A stretch of 64,000 bases of DNA from Opitutus sp. GAS368 (GTDB lineage: Bacteria; Verrucomicrobiota; Verrucomicrobiia; Opitutales; Opitutaceae), in the NCBI GenBank assembly GCA_945861645.1, contig CAMAVZ010000007.1, forward strand, positions 8,862 through 72,861, given 5' to 3'. The translations under genes and the position numbers were made by a program. The notes beneath the pieces are model-generated. The model was given only the letters and a program-made list of their open reading frames with translations, made no database searches and was not told the origin of the DNA. How positions within the stretch are numbered: the stretch's first letter is position 1; every line of letters begins with the position of its first letter. Positions 30,001-38,999 of the stretch are shown piece after piece.

Positions 30001-30496
30001 GGTTGAGACGGGGATGCTCTGGATGCGCGGCGCTAATGTCTTTCCCGGCTATTTGAAAGATGCAGAAAAAACGGCCGCCGCTTTCAAAGATGGCTGGTTT
30101 ATCACCGGCGACCTCGGCCGTTTCGATACCGATGGATTTTTATATATTGAGGGTCGGCTTTCGCGTTTTTCAAAGATTGGAGGCGAAATGGTACCGCACG
30201 GTACCGTGGAGCAGCGCATTTGTGAAGCCTTTGGTTGGACCGATGCCGATGGCCCTAGCGCTATCATTGTCGGCGTGCCCGATACGGCCAAAGGCGAGGC
30301 GATCGTTTTACTTACCACCCAAGCCGTGGTGGTGGGGGAGTTGCGCACGAAACTCCTCGCTGCGGGCCTGCCTAATTTATGGATTCCAAGGCAAATTCAT
30401 CGCGTGCCTAAAATTCCTATGCTCGGAACGGGGAAGACTGATTTAAAGGGTTGTCGAATCCTCGCGCTTGAAGCGAGCCGACTGCCGGTGGATTAG
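27056..30496 (+). CDS. aas: Fused MFS lysophospholipid transporter / acyltransferase / acyl-ACP synthetase (LplT-Aas)
   Basis: MFS GWLADRFSKR; PlsC NHLSYVD and FPEG; AMP-binding FTSGSSGEPKG, YGLTET, TGDLG, GRLSRFSKIGGEMV. Confidence 0.9.
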   Translation: MKFPRVSLAALIGAQAQITFNDCAAKFMLIALAQQLARQAGTDPKPLIALIAALLISPYILLGPFCGWLADRFSKRTVINGALVLQVVAMGLVVGALWLKLFWIVLAAFFLLSVQTAILAPAKRGILLEYVGPEKLSRYVGYMEMSAVTAVLVGSFAGGWLFSHWLSLGADPWRAALLVSVVLWFLAGVAWGIFQLAQPTPAQTQTPFTWRLLVQHLSLTAEVHGDRPLWRATLGICFFYGIGGFIGVLLPQVAYEMTAGGARTGAISSGMLLMLGVGTLGGNLFAGLFSRRGVELGLAPLGGSLLAGALLGLGFTPPGTGLFTGLLILAGFASGLFLVPLYAFIQNHAGQHRRGRILAGVSLLDSLAGLGVSGLYWLVASEAMLGWSAPTQFFALTGCTLLMVAYGLWHLPHQTVCTIMRLIGPLFYQVKAKGRGHVPAAGALVICNHLSYVDAVVLQIASPRPLRFVAFAGFSKSPALRFLFRAAGIIPVNANKPMKGIRLAAEAAKRGELVCVFPEGTISRTGQLMELSRSFERIAELAQVPVIPAVIDGLWGSIYSFAGNRYLWKSPRLLPTAVCVIFGQPLLPGQSDRAHARRALLDLAEEAFQERPILRRHLAREVVRSLARRPRHLEIIDRTAERRTMTAGQLLAVAAALSRHIVRHIPEQRVGIVLPPGLGAHITNLAVACANKTPVNLNFTAGRSAIESSLRLGEIKTVITADALRVRIPDFPFPAHTLDLKTELGAMGGKRAIFPWLVAAWLLPNQWFADLLGLPREGDRAEAALLFTSGSSGEPKGVVLTHRNILANCAQISSLSILPDTAVVLGCLPIFHSFGFTATLWYPLLRGCRVVTVPSPLDTRKIAESIQQEKATVLLGAPTFIRPLLKKATKEELQSLDLVVTGAEKLTLDLYEGFLAAFGIEILQAYGLTETTPASNINQHHPAATTLHPHPQIGKKVGAVGRLMPGMTARIVDPDTGAELPMVETGMLWMRGANVFPGYLKDAEKTAAAFKDGWFITGDLGRFDTDGFLYIEGRLSRFSKIGGEMVPHGTVEQRICEAFGWTDADGPSAIIVGVPDTAKGEAIVLLTTQAVVVGELRTKLLAAGLPNLWIPRQIHRVPKIPMLGTGKTDLKGCRILALEASRLPVD

Positions 30497-30577
30497 CGGG
30501 CCGGTGGGGTGAAGCAAAGGCCGGGCACGGTATCGCTATGCTTGCACGTTTGGAGCCAGTAATTATAAAGTTCGTTC

Positions 30578-32014
30578 ATGTCCGCCCCGCACACTGTCGC
30601 CACTCGCCAACTCAAACGTCGCCTCGGCGCCCGCGTCGATGTTTCAGCCGCGGGCTGCTGGGCTGCTTCCTTCGATAGCAGTAAGATCTCTTTTCTCCCT
30701 GTCGCGGTCATCACGCCGCAGGTAGAAACCGATATCGGCCTCGTGCTCGTATTGGCGAATAAATATCGCGTGCCCGTTACCGTGCGCGGTCGCGGGACCA
30801 CCTTAATGGGTTCCGCTGCTCCCGTGCGGGGCGGCTGGGTGCTGGATATGTTGAAATTAAACAAAGTGGTGATCGATGGTGATGCGGGCATGGCCTACGT
30901 CGGGGCGGGTGCGACGACGGCTGAGGTCCAGCGCGCCGCGGCCGCTCAAGGTTGGTTTTATCCGCCGGATCCGTCATCAAAGGAGTATTGCACCATTGGC
31001 GGAAATATCGCGTGCAATGCTGGTGGTATGCACGGGGGAAAATATGGCGTCACCCGAGATTTTGTCATCGCCCTTCGCGGTTACCTGCCGACCGGCGAAT
31101 TGGTGCAGTGGGGCACGGCGACCAAAAAATTTGCCGCCGGATTTAATTTGCGCGACCTTTGGATCGGGAGTGAGGGCTTGCTCGGCGTGGTGACTGGCGC
31201 CGTGCTCAAACTGATTCCTCAGCCCGCCGCTCGTTGGACGCTCTTGACCGCTTTTACGGACGAAGTCGCCGCGCTAAAAGCTGCGCGCCTATTATTTCGA
31301 GCGCGGGTGCAGCCCGCGATTTGTGAGTTCCTCGATCGCGAAAGCGTCCTCTGCGCCGAGCGCGCCACCGGGCAGACGGTGTTTCCCGGACAACCGGGTC
31401 GTCCGATTATTCTCCTCGAACTCGCCGGTACCGTGAGTGAGGTCAAAGATCTGCAGCGGGAAGTACTGACGTGGGCCCGCGCTCAGGCGCTCGCCTACCA
31501 GGAGGCACGCAGCCGCGCGCAGGTAGAAAAACTCTGGGCGGTGCGGCGCAAGTGTTCCGGTGCGATGTTCGAATTAGGTGACGCCAAGCTGAACGAGGAT
31601 ATCGTGATCCCCATGCGCAACTACGTTAAATTCGCTAAATTCCTCGCCCGTTTGAAAAAAGATTCCCGCTTACCCATTCCCACCTTTGGCCACATCGCGG
31701 ACGGTAATCTGCACGTCAACATTATGTATCACCGCGCCAATGCACTCGAGACCAAGGCGGCGGAGGCGGCGGTCCAGCAATTGATGGAGACGGTCGTGGC
31801 GATGGGCGGAGCCATCTCCGGTGAGCACGGCATTGGTCTCGCGAAGACACCTTTCCTGCGCCTGCAACACAACCCCGCGCAGGTGAAGGCGATGCTGGCC
31901 GTAAAAAAAGCACTCGATCCGCGCGGCATTTGTAATCCCGGCAAAATGTTCTCGGTCGTGCGGATTTGGAAATTCCCCAAACTAGCCATCCAACTGCCTT
32001 GGGACCATAAATAA
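30578..32014 (+). CDS. FAD-linked oxidase, GlcD/D-2-hydroxyacid dehydrogenase family
   Basis: RGRGT, YPPDPSS, TIGGNIACNAGG..KYGVTRD, GSEGLLGVVT, GHIADGNLH, SGEHGIG, NPGK. Confidence 0.88.
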   Translation: MSAPHTVATRQLKRRLGARVDVSAAGCWAASFDSSKISFLPVAVITPQVETDIGLVLVLANKYRVPVTVRGRGTTLMGSAAPVRGGWVLDMLKLNKVVIDGDAGMAYVGAGATTAEVQRAAAAQGWFYPPDPSSKEYCTIGGNIACNAGGMHGGKYGVTRDFVIALRGYLPTGELVQWGTATKKFAAGFNLRDLWIGSEGLLGVVTGAVLKLIPQPAARWTLLTAFTDEVAALKAARLLFRARVQPAICEFLDRESVLCAERATGQTVFPGQPGRPIILLELAGTVSEVKDLQREVLTWARAQALAYQEARSRAQVEKLWAVRRKCSGAMFELGDAKLNEDIVIPMRNYVKFAKFLARLKKDSRLPIPTFGHIADGNLHVNIMYHRANALETKAAEAAVQQLMETVVAMGGAISGEHGIGLAKTPFLRLQHNPAQVKAMLAVKKALDPRGICNPGKMFSVVRIWKFPKLAIQLPWDHK

Positions 32015-32300
32015 TAAAGTGGGGGCGCACTCCCGGCCGATTACGCTCCAAAGTAAGTTCGTGGCATTAAGTCAACGGTCACTTCACCTCAGCCGTCGGT
32101 AATCTTTTAGTGTTTTACCATTGCCGAGCATGGGGCCGCTCCCTCTAGATTGTGCTTCAATTTGAACGCTATTTCACCCGTCATTTGTCGTCTGCGCATC
32201 GTACAATTTGCCCCTGCTTACGTCGGCGCAGCGGGCTAGCTAGCATTCCAATTTATTCTGCCACCTCGCCCTCATCGGCGGGAAAATATCTTATTACTCA

Positions 32301-35300
32301 ATGTATCTTAAGGCGCTAAAACTCCACGGTTTTAAAAGTTTTGCGGACAACACGACGCTGAGTTTTGAGCCTGGCGTGACGGCGATCGTTGGGCCCAATG
32401 GCTGCGGCAAAAGCAATATCGCTGATGCCATCCGCTGGGTCTTAGGCGAGCAAAGTGCCAAGGCCCTCCGCGGTGGAAAAATGCAGGACGTTATTTTTGA
32501 GGGTGCGGATACGCGCAAAGCCGCACAATTCTCCGAGGTCGCCTTGGTCATGACCGACTGCGAAAAGCAGCTCGGCTCTGATTTTCATGAAATCGAGATT
32601 ATGCGCCGAGTGGCGCGCGATGGCATGGGCGAGTATTATTTTAACGGCCAGCCTTGTCGGTTAAAGGACATCAATAAATTGTTCATGGATACCGGTGTGG
32701 GCCGGACCAGCTACTCGATTATGGCGCAGGGTCAGATCGATCAGATTCTCTCATCAAAGCCAGAGGAAAGGCGGGTCGTGTTCGAGGAAGCGGCGGGGAT
32801 TACAAAATATAAGAGCCAACGCCGTGAGGCCATGAACAAGCTGGCGCTGACGGAGCAAAATCTGGCGCGCGTCTCGGATGTGATCAATGAGGTCGCGCGC
32901 CAAATTGGTTCCCTGAAACGGCAAGCGGCCAAGGCCATGCGTTTTAAGCGCGTCAGCTTCCATTTGCGCCACTTGGCGCTGGCTCACAGCAGTCACCAAT
33001 TTAATCAATTCAGTGCTGCGCTCACGGAGTTGGATGGTCGGGTGTCCATCCTGCGCGGAGAGGCTGAGATCCGCCGCACTTCACTGGAAGAACGCACGCG
33101 CTCGCTCGATGACAAAAAATTGGCGCGCAGTTCACTTAATCAACGGGTCCAAGACGCTCAGCAGGCGGTGTTTGATCTTCGCTCCCAGAAAGAACAGGCG
33201 GAAAATGCCGCCGGTTTAGCGCAGGTGAAGCGCACGGGTCTGACGGAACGCATTGCCTCAAGCCAGGATGATTTAGCGGAACTCGAGATGCAACTCCGGG
33301 AGCTCGCCTCGCAGGTCGATACGGGGGCACAAGATAAGCAAATGCAGCTCACGATGCTCGGCAGTTCCGATGCCGTCTTTCAGGATCGTAATCGTGAGTT
33401 GGCCATCTTCGAAGGCGAGTTGACCAAGGCCGAGCAGCAGCTCAATGCTGAAAAATTCCACCTTTTGCAGGTCGAAAGCGCGGTCGCGCGCCATCGCACC
33501 GAAAGCTCCGGGCTCGAGGTTGACGCGCGCACGAGTCAGAATAAATTTGATCAACTCTCGACTGAGCTCGCACAGTTGCGGGCGGCCGTGGTGCTGGCGA
33601 CTGACACCCTCGCGCAAGTGCGGGCCCGAGTAGAGGAAGCGCGCGCCGATCAGAGCAGGAGCAGTAATGAGGCCCAAGCAGCTCAAGCCAGCCTCCAGGC
33701 CGCCACCCAAGATTTTCGCGAAGGCCAACGTAAACTTCAGGAGATTGATCGTAATTTAGCGCAGAAAACTGCCCGCTTGAAATTGCTGCAACAGCTGCAG
33801 GAAAAGTGGGAAGGTTTCGGTGAAGGGGCCAAGGCGTTGCTGCAGGGGCGTTTTGTCGCCGAGCTCGGTGAACAGAAGTTTACCCCCATCACCTCGGGAC
33901 TCGAAGTGCGCGGCGAATATGCCAAAGCGCTGGAAGCCCTGCTTGGTTCTTCCGTGGAGGCGATTGCGGTGGCCGATCTAGCCACCGCCCAAAAAATTCT
34001 TACCCGGCTTGAGGGCGATCAGATTGGCAGTGTCTGTTTGCAAATTGCCGAACAAGGCAGGGGTAATAGCGTTGCGGGCGGGAGCTTACCGGCCGGTCTG
34101 CGGCCGGCCACCGACGCCATCGCCAATCTCGAGCCCACCCATCCGGCCGCGGGCGTACTTTCCGCGTGCTATTTGGCCGATGACCTCGATGCCTTTCTTG
34201 ATTTCTGGAAAGCTAATCCCTCCTTTAGTTTTCTGATGGTCGCGACGGCTAAGGGTGATCTCGTGGATCGTCGCGGGCTCATTTTTGGCGGCTATCACAA
34301 AAAGCCGGCTAATAGCATCGTGCAGCGTGAGGTTGACCTGCGCGAAACCGGCAAAGCGGTCGTCACGGAATCCAAAGCCCATGATGCCCAGCGCGCTCTC
34401 ATTGAGCAGCTAAACACGGCGTTGGTTGAGGCCGAGGCTCGGCTCGAGCAAAAACGCAAGGATGTGCTCGTCGCTTCTCAGATTGCCGCCTCGAACACGA
34501 CGGAGGAGAAAAATGCCCAACGGGCCCAAACTGACGCGGCGCAACGGCTCGCGCGCTTGGAAAGCGAGCTAGCCAATCACCAGCGTGATCATGACGAGGC
34601 GCTGAGCCGTCTCGCCCAGGCACAGGTATTACTGGCCGCCGCAGAGGCGAACGTCACGGCGCAGAAAGAAAAAATTACTGCGACGGAATCCGGTATCACC
34701 GAGAAGCGCACCGCGCGTGATGAGAAGAAAGAAATTTTGGCTGCCGCCCGATTGGAACTAGCCGAGCGTCGGCAAAAAGTGGAGGTCCTGGATCGTGGCT
34801 TGAGTGAAATGGGCCGCCGTCGGGCCCAATTGGATGAGCTCTTAGTGCAACGCCAAATTGAGCTGGAGACCTGGACTGAGCAGGTCGCTCAGTTGGAACA
34901 AGAGACTGCCCTACAACAAAGCCGCGCTGGCGAAGTGGTCACAACCCTCGCGGTCGCGCAAACCAATGTGGAGCAAGTCCGCGGAGAACTTTCGACCGTT
35001 GAGCAAGAAATTGCGGCCGTTGAACAGGGCATGACCTCCACTCGCAGCGAAGCGGAGACCTCCCAGTCAGAATTATCTAAATATGAAGTAAAAGTGGCCG
35101 AGACCCGGGCGCGGGTCCAATTCCTGACGGAGGAAGTTAGGCGTGAGTTCCAGACGGAGGTGGCTGGTCAGGACTGGAAACGGCTACTGTGGCACGCTGA
35201 TGATGAGCCTGAAGGGCTCCAGGCACTCGATCTCGATGAAGAAGAAGAGTCGGCCAACGCGAGTGGAGAAGTAGCCGCTGATCAGGCGACGGCGCCCAAA

Positions 35301-36098
35301 CGCCGTAAGAAGAAAGAAAATAAGGGCGAGCCCACGGCAGCTGGTTTAGCGGCGTTTGATCAACACAACTGGGCGGAGGTCAAGGCTGAGGTTGACGCGC
35401 TCCGCCAACGGATAGGGAGCATGGGCGCGGTTAATTTGGTGGCGATTGAGGAATATGCCGAGCTCAAGCAGCGTTATGAATTTCTCAAAGCGCAGAGTGA
35501 CGACTTAGCGAACGCCCAGGCTCAGCTGTTGAAGGCAATTGACGATATCAACCAGACGTCGTTGGAGCAATTTAAGGTCACCTTTGATCAAATCCGAAAA
35601 AATTTCGCACACACTTTTCAGATTTTATTCGGTGGCGGTCGCGCGGAGATCGAATTGGTGACGGCGGAAGATCCGCTGGAAAGTGGCATCGAAATTGTGG
35701 CGCAGCCCCCTGGCACTAAACTTAAGGGCATCACGTTGCTATCGGGCGGCCAAAAGACGCTGACGGCAGTGGCTCTTCTGTTTGCGCTCTACATGGTGAA
35801 GCCTTCCCCCTTCTGTTTACTCGACGAGTTAGACGCGCCGCTCGACGAATCAAATATTCACCGCTTCACGAATTTGCTGAAGCAGTTCGTGAAAGAGTCG
35901 CAATTTATCATTATCACCCACAACAAGAGCACCATCGCGGCGGCCGATGCGATCTTCGGGGTGACCATGCAAGAGCGGGGCGTCTCGAGGACGCTTTCAA
36001 TGAAATTTGATCGATCGAAGGGCGCAGCTGAAGTCTTGCCGGTGATCATCGCTGACGACGTGCGGAGTGCAGCGCCCAGTGCGCCCGAGCAGGCTTAA
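32301..36098 (+). CDS. smc: Chromosome segregation protein SMC
   Basis: GFKSF, GPNGCGKSN, coiled coils and hinge, LSGGQK, LDELDAPLDE, IITH. Confidence 0.97.
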   Translation: MYLKALKLHGFKSFADNTTLSFEPGVTAIVGPNGCGKSNIADAIRWVLGEQSAKALRGGKMQDVIFEGADTRKAAQFSEVALVMTDCEKQLGSDFHEIEIMRRVARDGMGEYYFNGQPCRLKDINKLFMDTGVGRTSYSIMAQGQIDQILSSKPEERRVVFEEAAGITKYKSQRREAMNKLALTEQNLARVSDVINEVARQIGSLKRQAAKAMRFKRVSFHLRHLALAHSSHQFNQFSAALTELDGRVSILRGEAEIRRTSLEERTRSLDDKKLARSSLNQRVQDAQQAVFDLRSQKEQAENAAGLAQVKRTGLTERIASSQDDLAELEMQLRELASQVDTGAQDKQMQLTMLGSSDAVFQDRNRELAIFEGELTKAEQQLNAEKFHLLQVESAVARHRTESSGLEVDARTSQNKFDQLSTELAQLRAAVVLATDTLAQVRARVEEARADQSRSSNEAQAAQASLQAATQDFREGQRKLQEIDRNLAQKTARLKLLQQLQEKWEGFGEGAKALLQGRFVAELGEQKFTPITSGLEVRGEYAKALEALLGSSVEAIAVADLATAQKILTRLEGDQIGSVCLQIAEQGRGNSVAGGSLPAGLRPATDAIANLEPTHPAAGVLSACYLADDLDAFLDFWKANPSFSFLMVATAKGDLVDRRGLIFGGYHKKPANSIVQREVDLRETGKAVVTESKAHDAQRALIEQLNTALVEAEARLEQKRKDVLVASQIAASNTTEEKNAQRAQTDAAQRLARLESELANHQRDHDEALSRLAQAQVLLAAAEANVTAQKEKITATESGITEKRTARDEKKEILAAARLELAERRQKVEVLDRGLSEMGRRRAQLDELLVQRQIELETWTEQVAQLEQETALQQSRAGEVVTTLAVAQTNVEQVRGELSTVEQEIAAVEQGMTSTRSEAETSQSELSKYEVKVAETRARVQFLTEEVRREFQTEVAGQDWKRLLWHADDEPEGLQALDLDEEEESANASGEVAADQATAPKRRKKKENKGEPTAAGLAAFDQHNWAEVKAEVDALRQRIGSMGAVNLVAIEEYAELKQRYEFLKAQSDDLANAQAQLLKAIDDINQTSLEQFKVTFDQIRKNFAHTFQILFGGGRAEIELVTAEDPLESGIEIVAQPPGTKLKGITLLSGGQKTLTAVALLFALYMVKPSPFCLLDELDAPLDESNIHRFTNLLKQFVKESQFIIITHNKSTIAAADAIFGVTMQERGVSRTLSMKFDRSKGAAEVLPVIIADDVRSAAPSAPEQA

Positions 36099-36107
36099 GT
36101 GCTGGGA

Positions 36108-36131
36108 CGGGGCGCCCATGCGGGTGCCCCG
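36108..36131. terminator. Hairpin between the convergent smc and pilB-like genes
   Basis: CGGGGCGCCC-ATGC-GGGTGCCCCG; no clear U tract. Confidence 0.45.
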
Positions 36132-36139
36132 AACTCACG

Positions 36140-38332
36140 TTAGCTAATTAAATCAGGGGGCACGTTGCTGAGGGCGTCTTCCATGGTGGTGAGCCCCATT
36201 TTGACTTTCAGCATCGAATCTTGGTGCAGCGTCTTCATGCCATTTTTCATGCAGACACGCTTGAGATCGGCGACCTCGACTTCCTTGTTAATGGCTTCGA
36301 CGATGGCCTCACAATTGACCATGAGTTCATGAATGCCGACGCGGCCCTTGTAACCGTTGCCGCCGCAAATATGGCAGCCTCCCGGAGCCGCTTTATAAAT
36401 TTCAAAAGGACCAGCTTCACCGAGCGCTTTGGTGAGCAGCGCGAGTTCACGACCTTCTGGAACATACTTAACTTTACAATTTTTGCAGACACGGCGGAGA
36501 AGGCGCTGGGCGCAAACGGCGACCAAGGCAGCCGAGATGTTAAAGGGTTCGATGCCCATTTCTCCCATCCGTGCAACCGTCGAAGGCGCATCATTGGTGT
36601 GCAGGGTGGAGACGAGTAAGTGACCGGTCAGCGCTGCTTCGCAGGCGATTTGGGCGGTTTCTTTATCGCGAATTTCACCGACCAAGATGATATCGGGATC
36701 CATCCGAAGGTAACAACGCAGCGCGCGCTCAAAGGTTAAGCCGATCTGGCGACTCATCTGCATTTGATTGATGCCGGCGAGGGTGTACTCGATGGGATCT
36801 TCGGCGGTCTGGATGTTTACATCGGGAGTATTTACTTCGCCCAGCGCCGAATAAAGGGTCATGGATTTTCCTGAGCCCGTCGGGCCGCAGTGTAAAATCA
36901 TGCCGTAAGGCTGCCGGACGCACTCGCGATATTTAGCCAGATTTTCCTCGGAAAAACCGAGAGCGGTGAGCGGTAAAGTCGATTTTTGCTTATCCAGAAT
37001 ACGCATAACCACTTTTTCGCCGTGATTCATGGGGCCAGTCGCGACGCGTAAATCGATATCGATATTTTTTTTCGTGAATTTTTTGAAAATAATGCGGCCG
37101 TCCTGGGGGAGGCGGCGCTCCGAAATGTCCAAGTTGCACATGATTTTCAAGCGCGCGACCATCGCAAAGGAGACCTGTTTTGGCAGGCGCATTTTCTCGA
37201 TGCACATGCCGTCAATGCGGTACCGGACCAACAAATCCTTCTCCATCGGTTCAACGTGAATATCCGACGCGCCGGAGACGTAAGCATCTTCGATGATGCG
37301 GTTGGTGAGTTGAATAATGGGGGCGGAATCCTCGCTTTCGAGGTCCGCGGCCTTGACCTCACCAGTGCCGCCTTCGGTGTAAGCGCCGGCAATCAGATCC
37401 TTGACCTCATCAATATCTACCTCCGTGGCATCGGATTTTTTTGCGGCCGTGGAGTCTTTAAAATATTTTTTGAGCAAGACGTCGAGCAGGCTGGCCGGAA
37501 TGACGCTGACTTCATCGATGCTGAGCTCGGTCGCCATCGAGAACGCTTCCCGCTTGGCGTAGTCCAGCGGGTTAGTCATTAAGACTGAGCAGGAGTTGGA
37601 TCCCGTTTTCTTGTAGGGGAAGATGCTCTCGCGCCGGATGATCGCATCGCCGGTGATTTCGACGAGTTTCTCATCGATTTCGACCTCGTCTGGTTGGGTC
37701 ACTAAGGGGAGCTCCGTGAACTTGGCGATAAATTTTGCCATGTCCTCGGGGGTCAGTTGGAACTTCGGATCCAACATACGCTGAATGAGGGTCGAGGAGT
37801 ACTCCGCCATCTCGCGCAGCACGGCGAGGTCTTTGTCCGTGAATTGGCCCTCAGTGCCGGCGGCCGGCTCCTTGTTGAGGACCTGGATGGCGCCGATGAT
37901 GATGTTCGTCTTGAGTGGAACCGTGAGCATCGAGTTGACCTCGAAGCCGACGTTCAGGTTTTTCAAACTCGCGGCCGCAGATCCCTTGCTATTAAAAAAT
38001 AGCGGCTCGCCGGTCGCGATAACTTTGCCGACGTTGCCAGTGCCCGCCGGTAATTTAAGGGTGAGCAGCTTTTTAGCCGTATCCCGAAACTGCACTTCCT
38101 TGCCCGTATCACTGCCCCAGAGGGTGGGGGAATAGTACACCTGCTTGAAGGCGATTTCCCCATTCTCGACGAGATAGAGCGTCATGGACTGCGCTTGGAG
38201 GGACTCTACTACTTTGCTCGCGGTCAACTCGATGACGGTGTTAACATCCTCGCGGCTGGGGGCCGGTTTGGAAATGACCTTGATGAGGAGAGACCGCCGG
38301 AGCGTGCCGGTGAGAATGCTAGCAGTTGACAT
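36140..38332 (-). CDS. GspE/PilB family secretion ATPase with an N-terminal GAF domain
   Basis: [64 protein letters not shown]; the N-terminus has the GAF pattern [21 protein letters not shown]. Confidence 0.9.
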   Translation of the reverse strand: MSTASILTGTLRRSLLIKVISKPAPSREDVNTVIELTASKVVESLQAQSMTLYLVENGEIAFKQVYYSPTLWGSDTGKEVQFRDTAKKLLTLKLPAGTGNVGKVIATGEPLFFNSKGSAAASLKNLNVGFEVNSMLTVPLKTNIIIGAIQVLNKEPAAGTEGQFTDKDLAVLREMAEYSSTLIQRMLDPKFQLTPEDMAKFIAKFTELPLVTQPDEVEIDEKLVEITGDAIIRRESIFPYKKTGSNSCSVLMTNPLDYAKREAFSMATELSIDEVSVIPASLLDVLLKKYFKDSTAAKKSDATEVDIDEVKDLIAGAYTEGGTGEVKAADLESEDSAPIIQLTNRIIEDAYVSGASDIHVEPMEKDLLVRYRIDGMCIEKMRLPKQVSFAMVARLKIMCNLDISERRLPQDGRIIFKKFTKKNIDIDLRVATGPMNHGEKVVMRILDKQKSTLPLTALGFSEENLAKYRECVRQPYGMILHCGPTGSGKSMTLYSALGEVNTPDVNIQTAEDPIEYTLAGINQMQMSRQIGLTFERALRCYLRMDPDIILVGEIRDKETAQIACEAALTGHLLVSTLHTNDAPSTVARMGEMGIEPFNISAALVAVCAQRLLRRVCKNCKVKYVPEGRELALLTKALGEAGPFEIYKAAPGGCHICGGNGYKGRVGIHELMVNCEAIVEAINKEVEVADLKRVCMKNGMKTLHQDSMLKVKMGLTTMEDALSNVPPDLIS

Positions 38333-38444
38333 ATGTGGGGGAGGGCGGATTGCGCAAAGGTGAGGCAGAAAAATTGTCGCAGTTCATTAAAAACGCTCTT
38401 GCTTGTATGAGCGTTTTTTTGCGTGGTCGAGGGAGAACTTACCG

Positions 38445-38924
38445 ATGCTGTACTGGCTCAAAGAAAGATGGGAAAAATTAAAGCGGCCCAAAACGCTCAC
38501 CACGCGGGCGGTGGCGGGGGCCCGGGGCGAGCAAGCGGCGGCAGATTTTTTAAAAAGCCGTCACGGTTTTACGGTGTTGGTCCAAAATTGGCGAAACCCG
38601 CGTGATTTGCGTGATGAAATTGATCTGGTCTGTCGTGACGGGGCGGTGCTGGTGTTCGTCGAGGTAAAAGCCCGGGCCGTCGGTGCGCTCGTCACGGGTT
38701 ATTATGCCGTGGATGAGCGCAAGAAACGGGCGCTGCGGCGCTCGGTGCACGCTTATCTTGCGGCGCTCTCGACGCCGCCACGGACTTTTCGTTTTGATGT
38801 CGTGGAGGTTACTCTTAGTGGCCGTTTACCTCCGCAGGTGATGCACTTCGCTAATGCCCCTCTTTTTCCGGCTGGTTATCATATTGCTCGGCAGAGCAGT
38901 TCGCTGGGCGAAGGCGCGCTTTAG
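38445..38924 (+). CDS. yraN: YraN family PD-(D/E)XK nuclease
   Basis: GARGEQAA, NWR, EIDLV, LVFVEVKAR, RFDVV. Start uncertain (38403 or 38445). Confidence 0.88.
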   Translation: MLYWLKERWEKLKRPKTLTTRAVAGARGEQAAADFLKSRHGFTVLVQNWRNPRDLRDEIDLVCRDGAVLVFVEVKARAVGALVTGYYAVDERKKRALRRSVHAYLAALSTPPRTFRFDVVEVTLSGRLPPQVMHFANAPLFPAGYHIARQSSSLGEGAL

Positions 38925-38999
38925 GCAGCCTGTCATACTGGGGCTGGGCTACGGGAAAAACCTTGCGGGTAACTCGCATCAGAATGAACTTGCGGGCGC

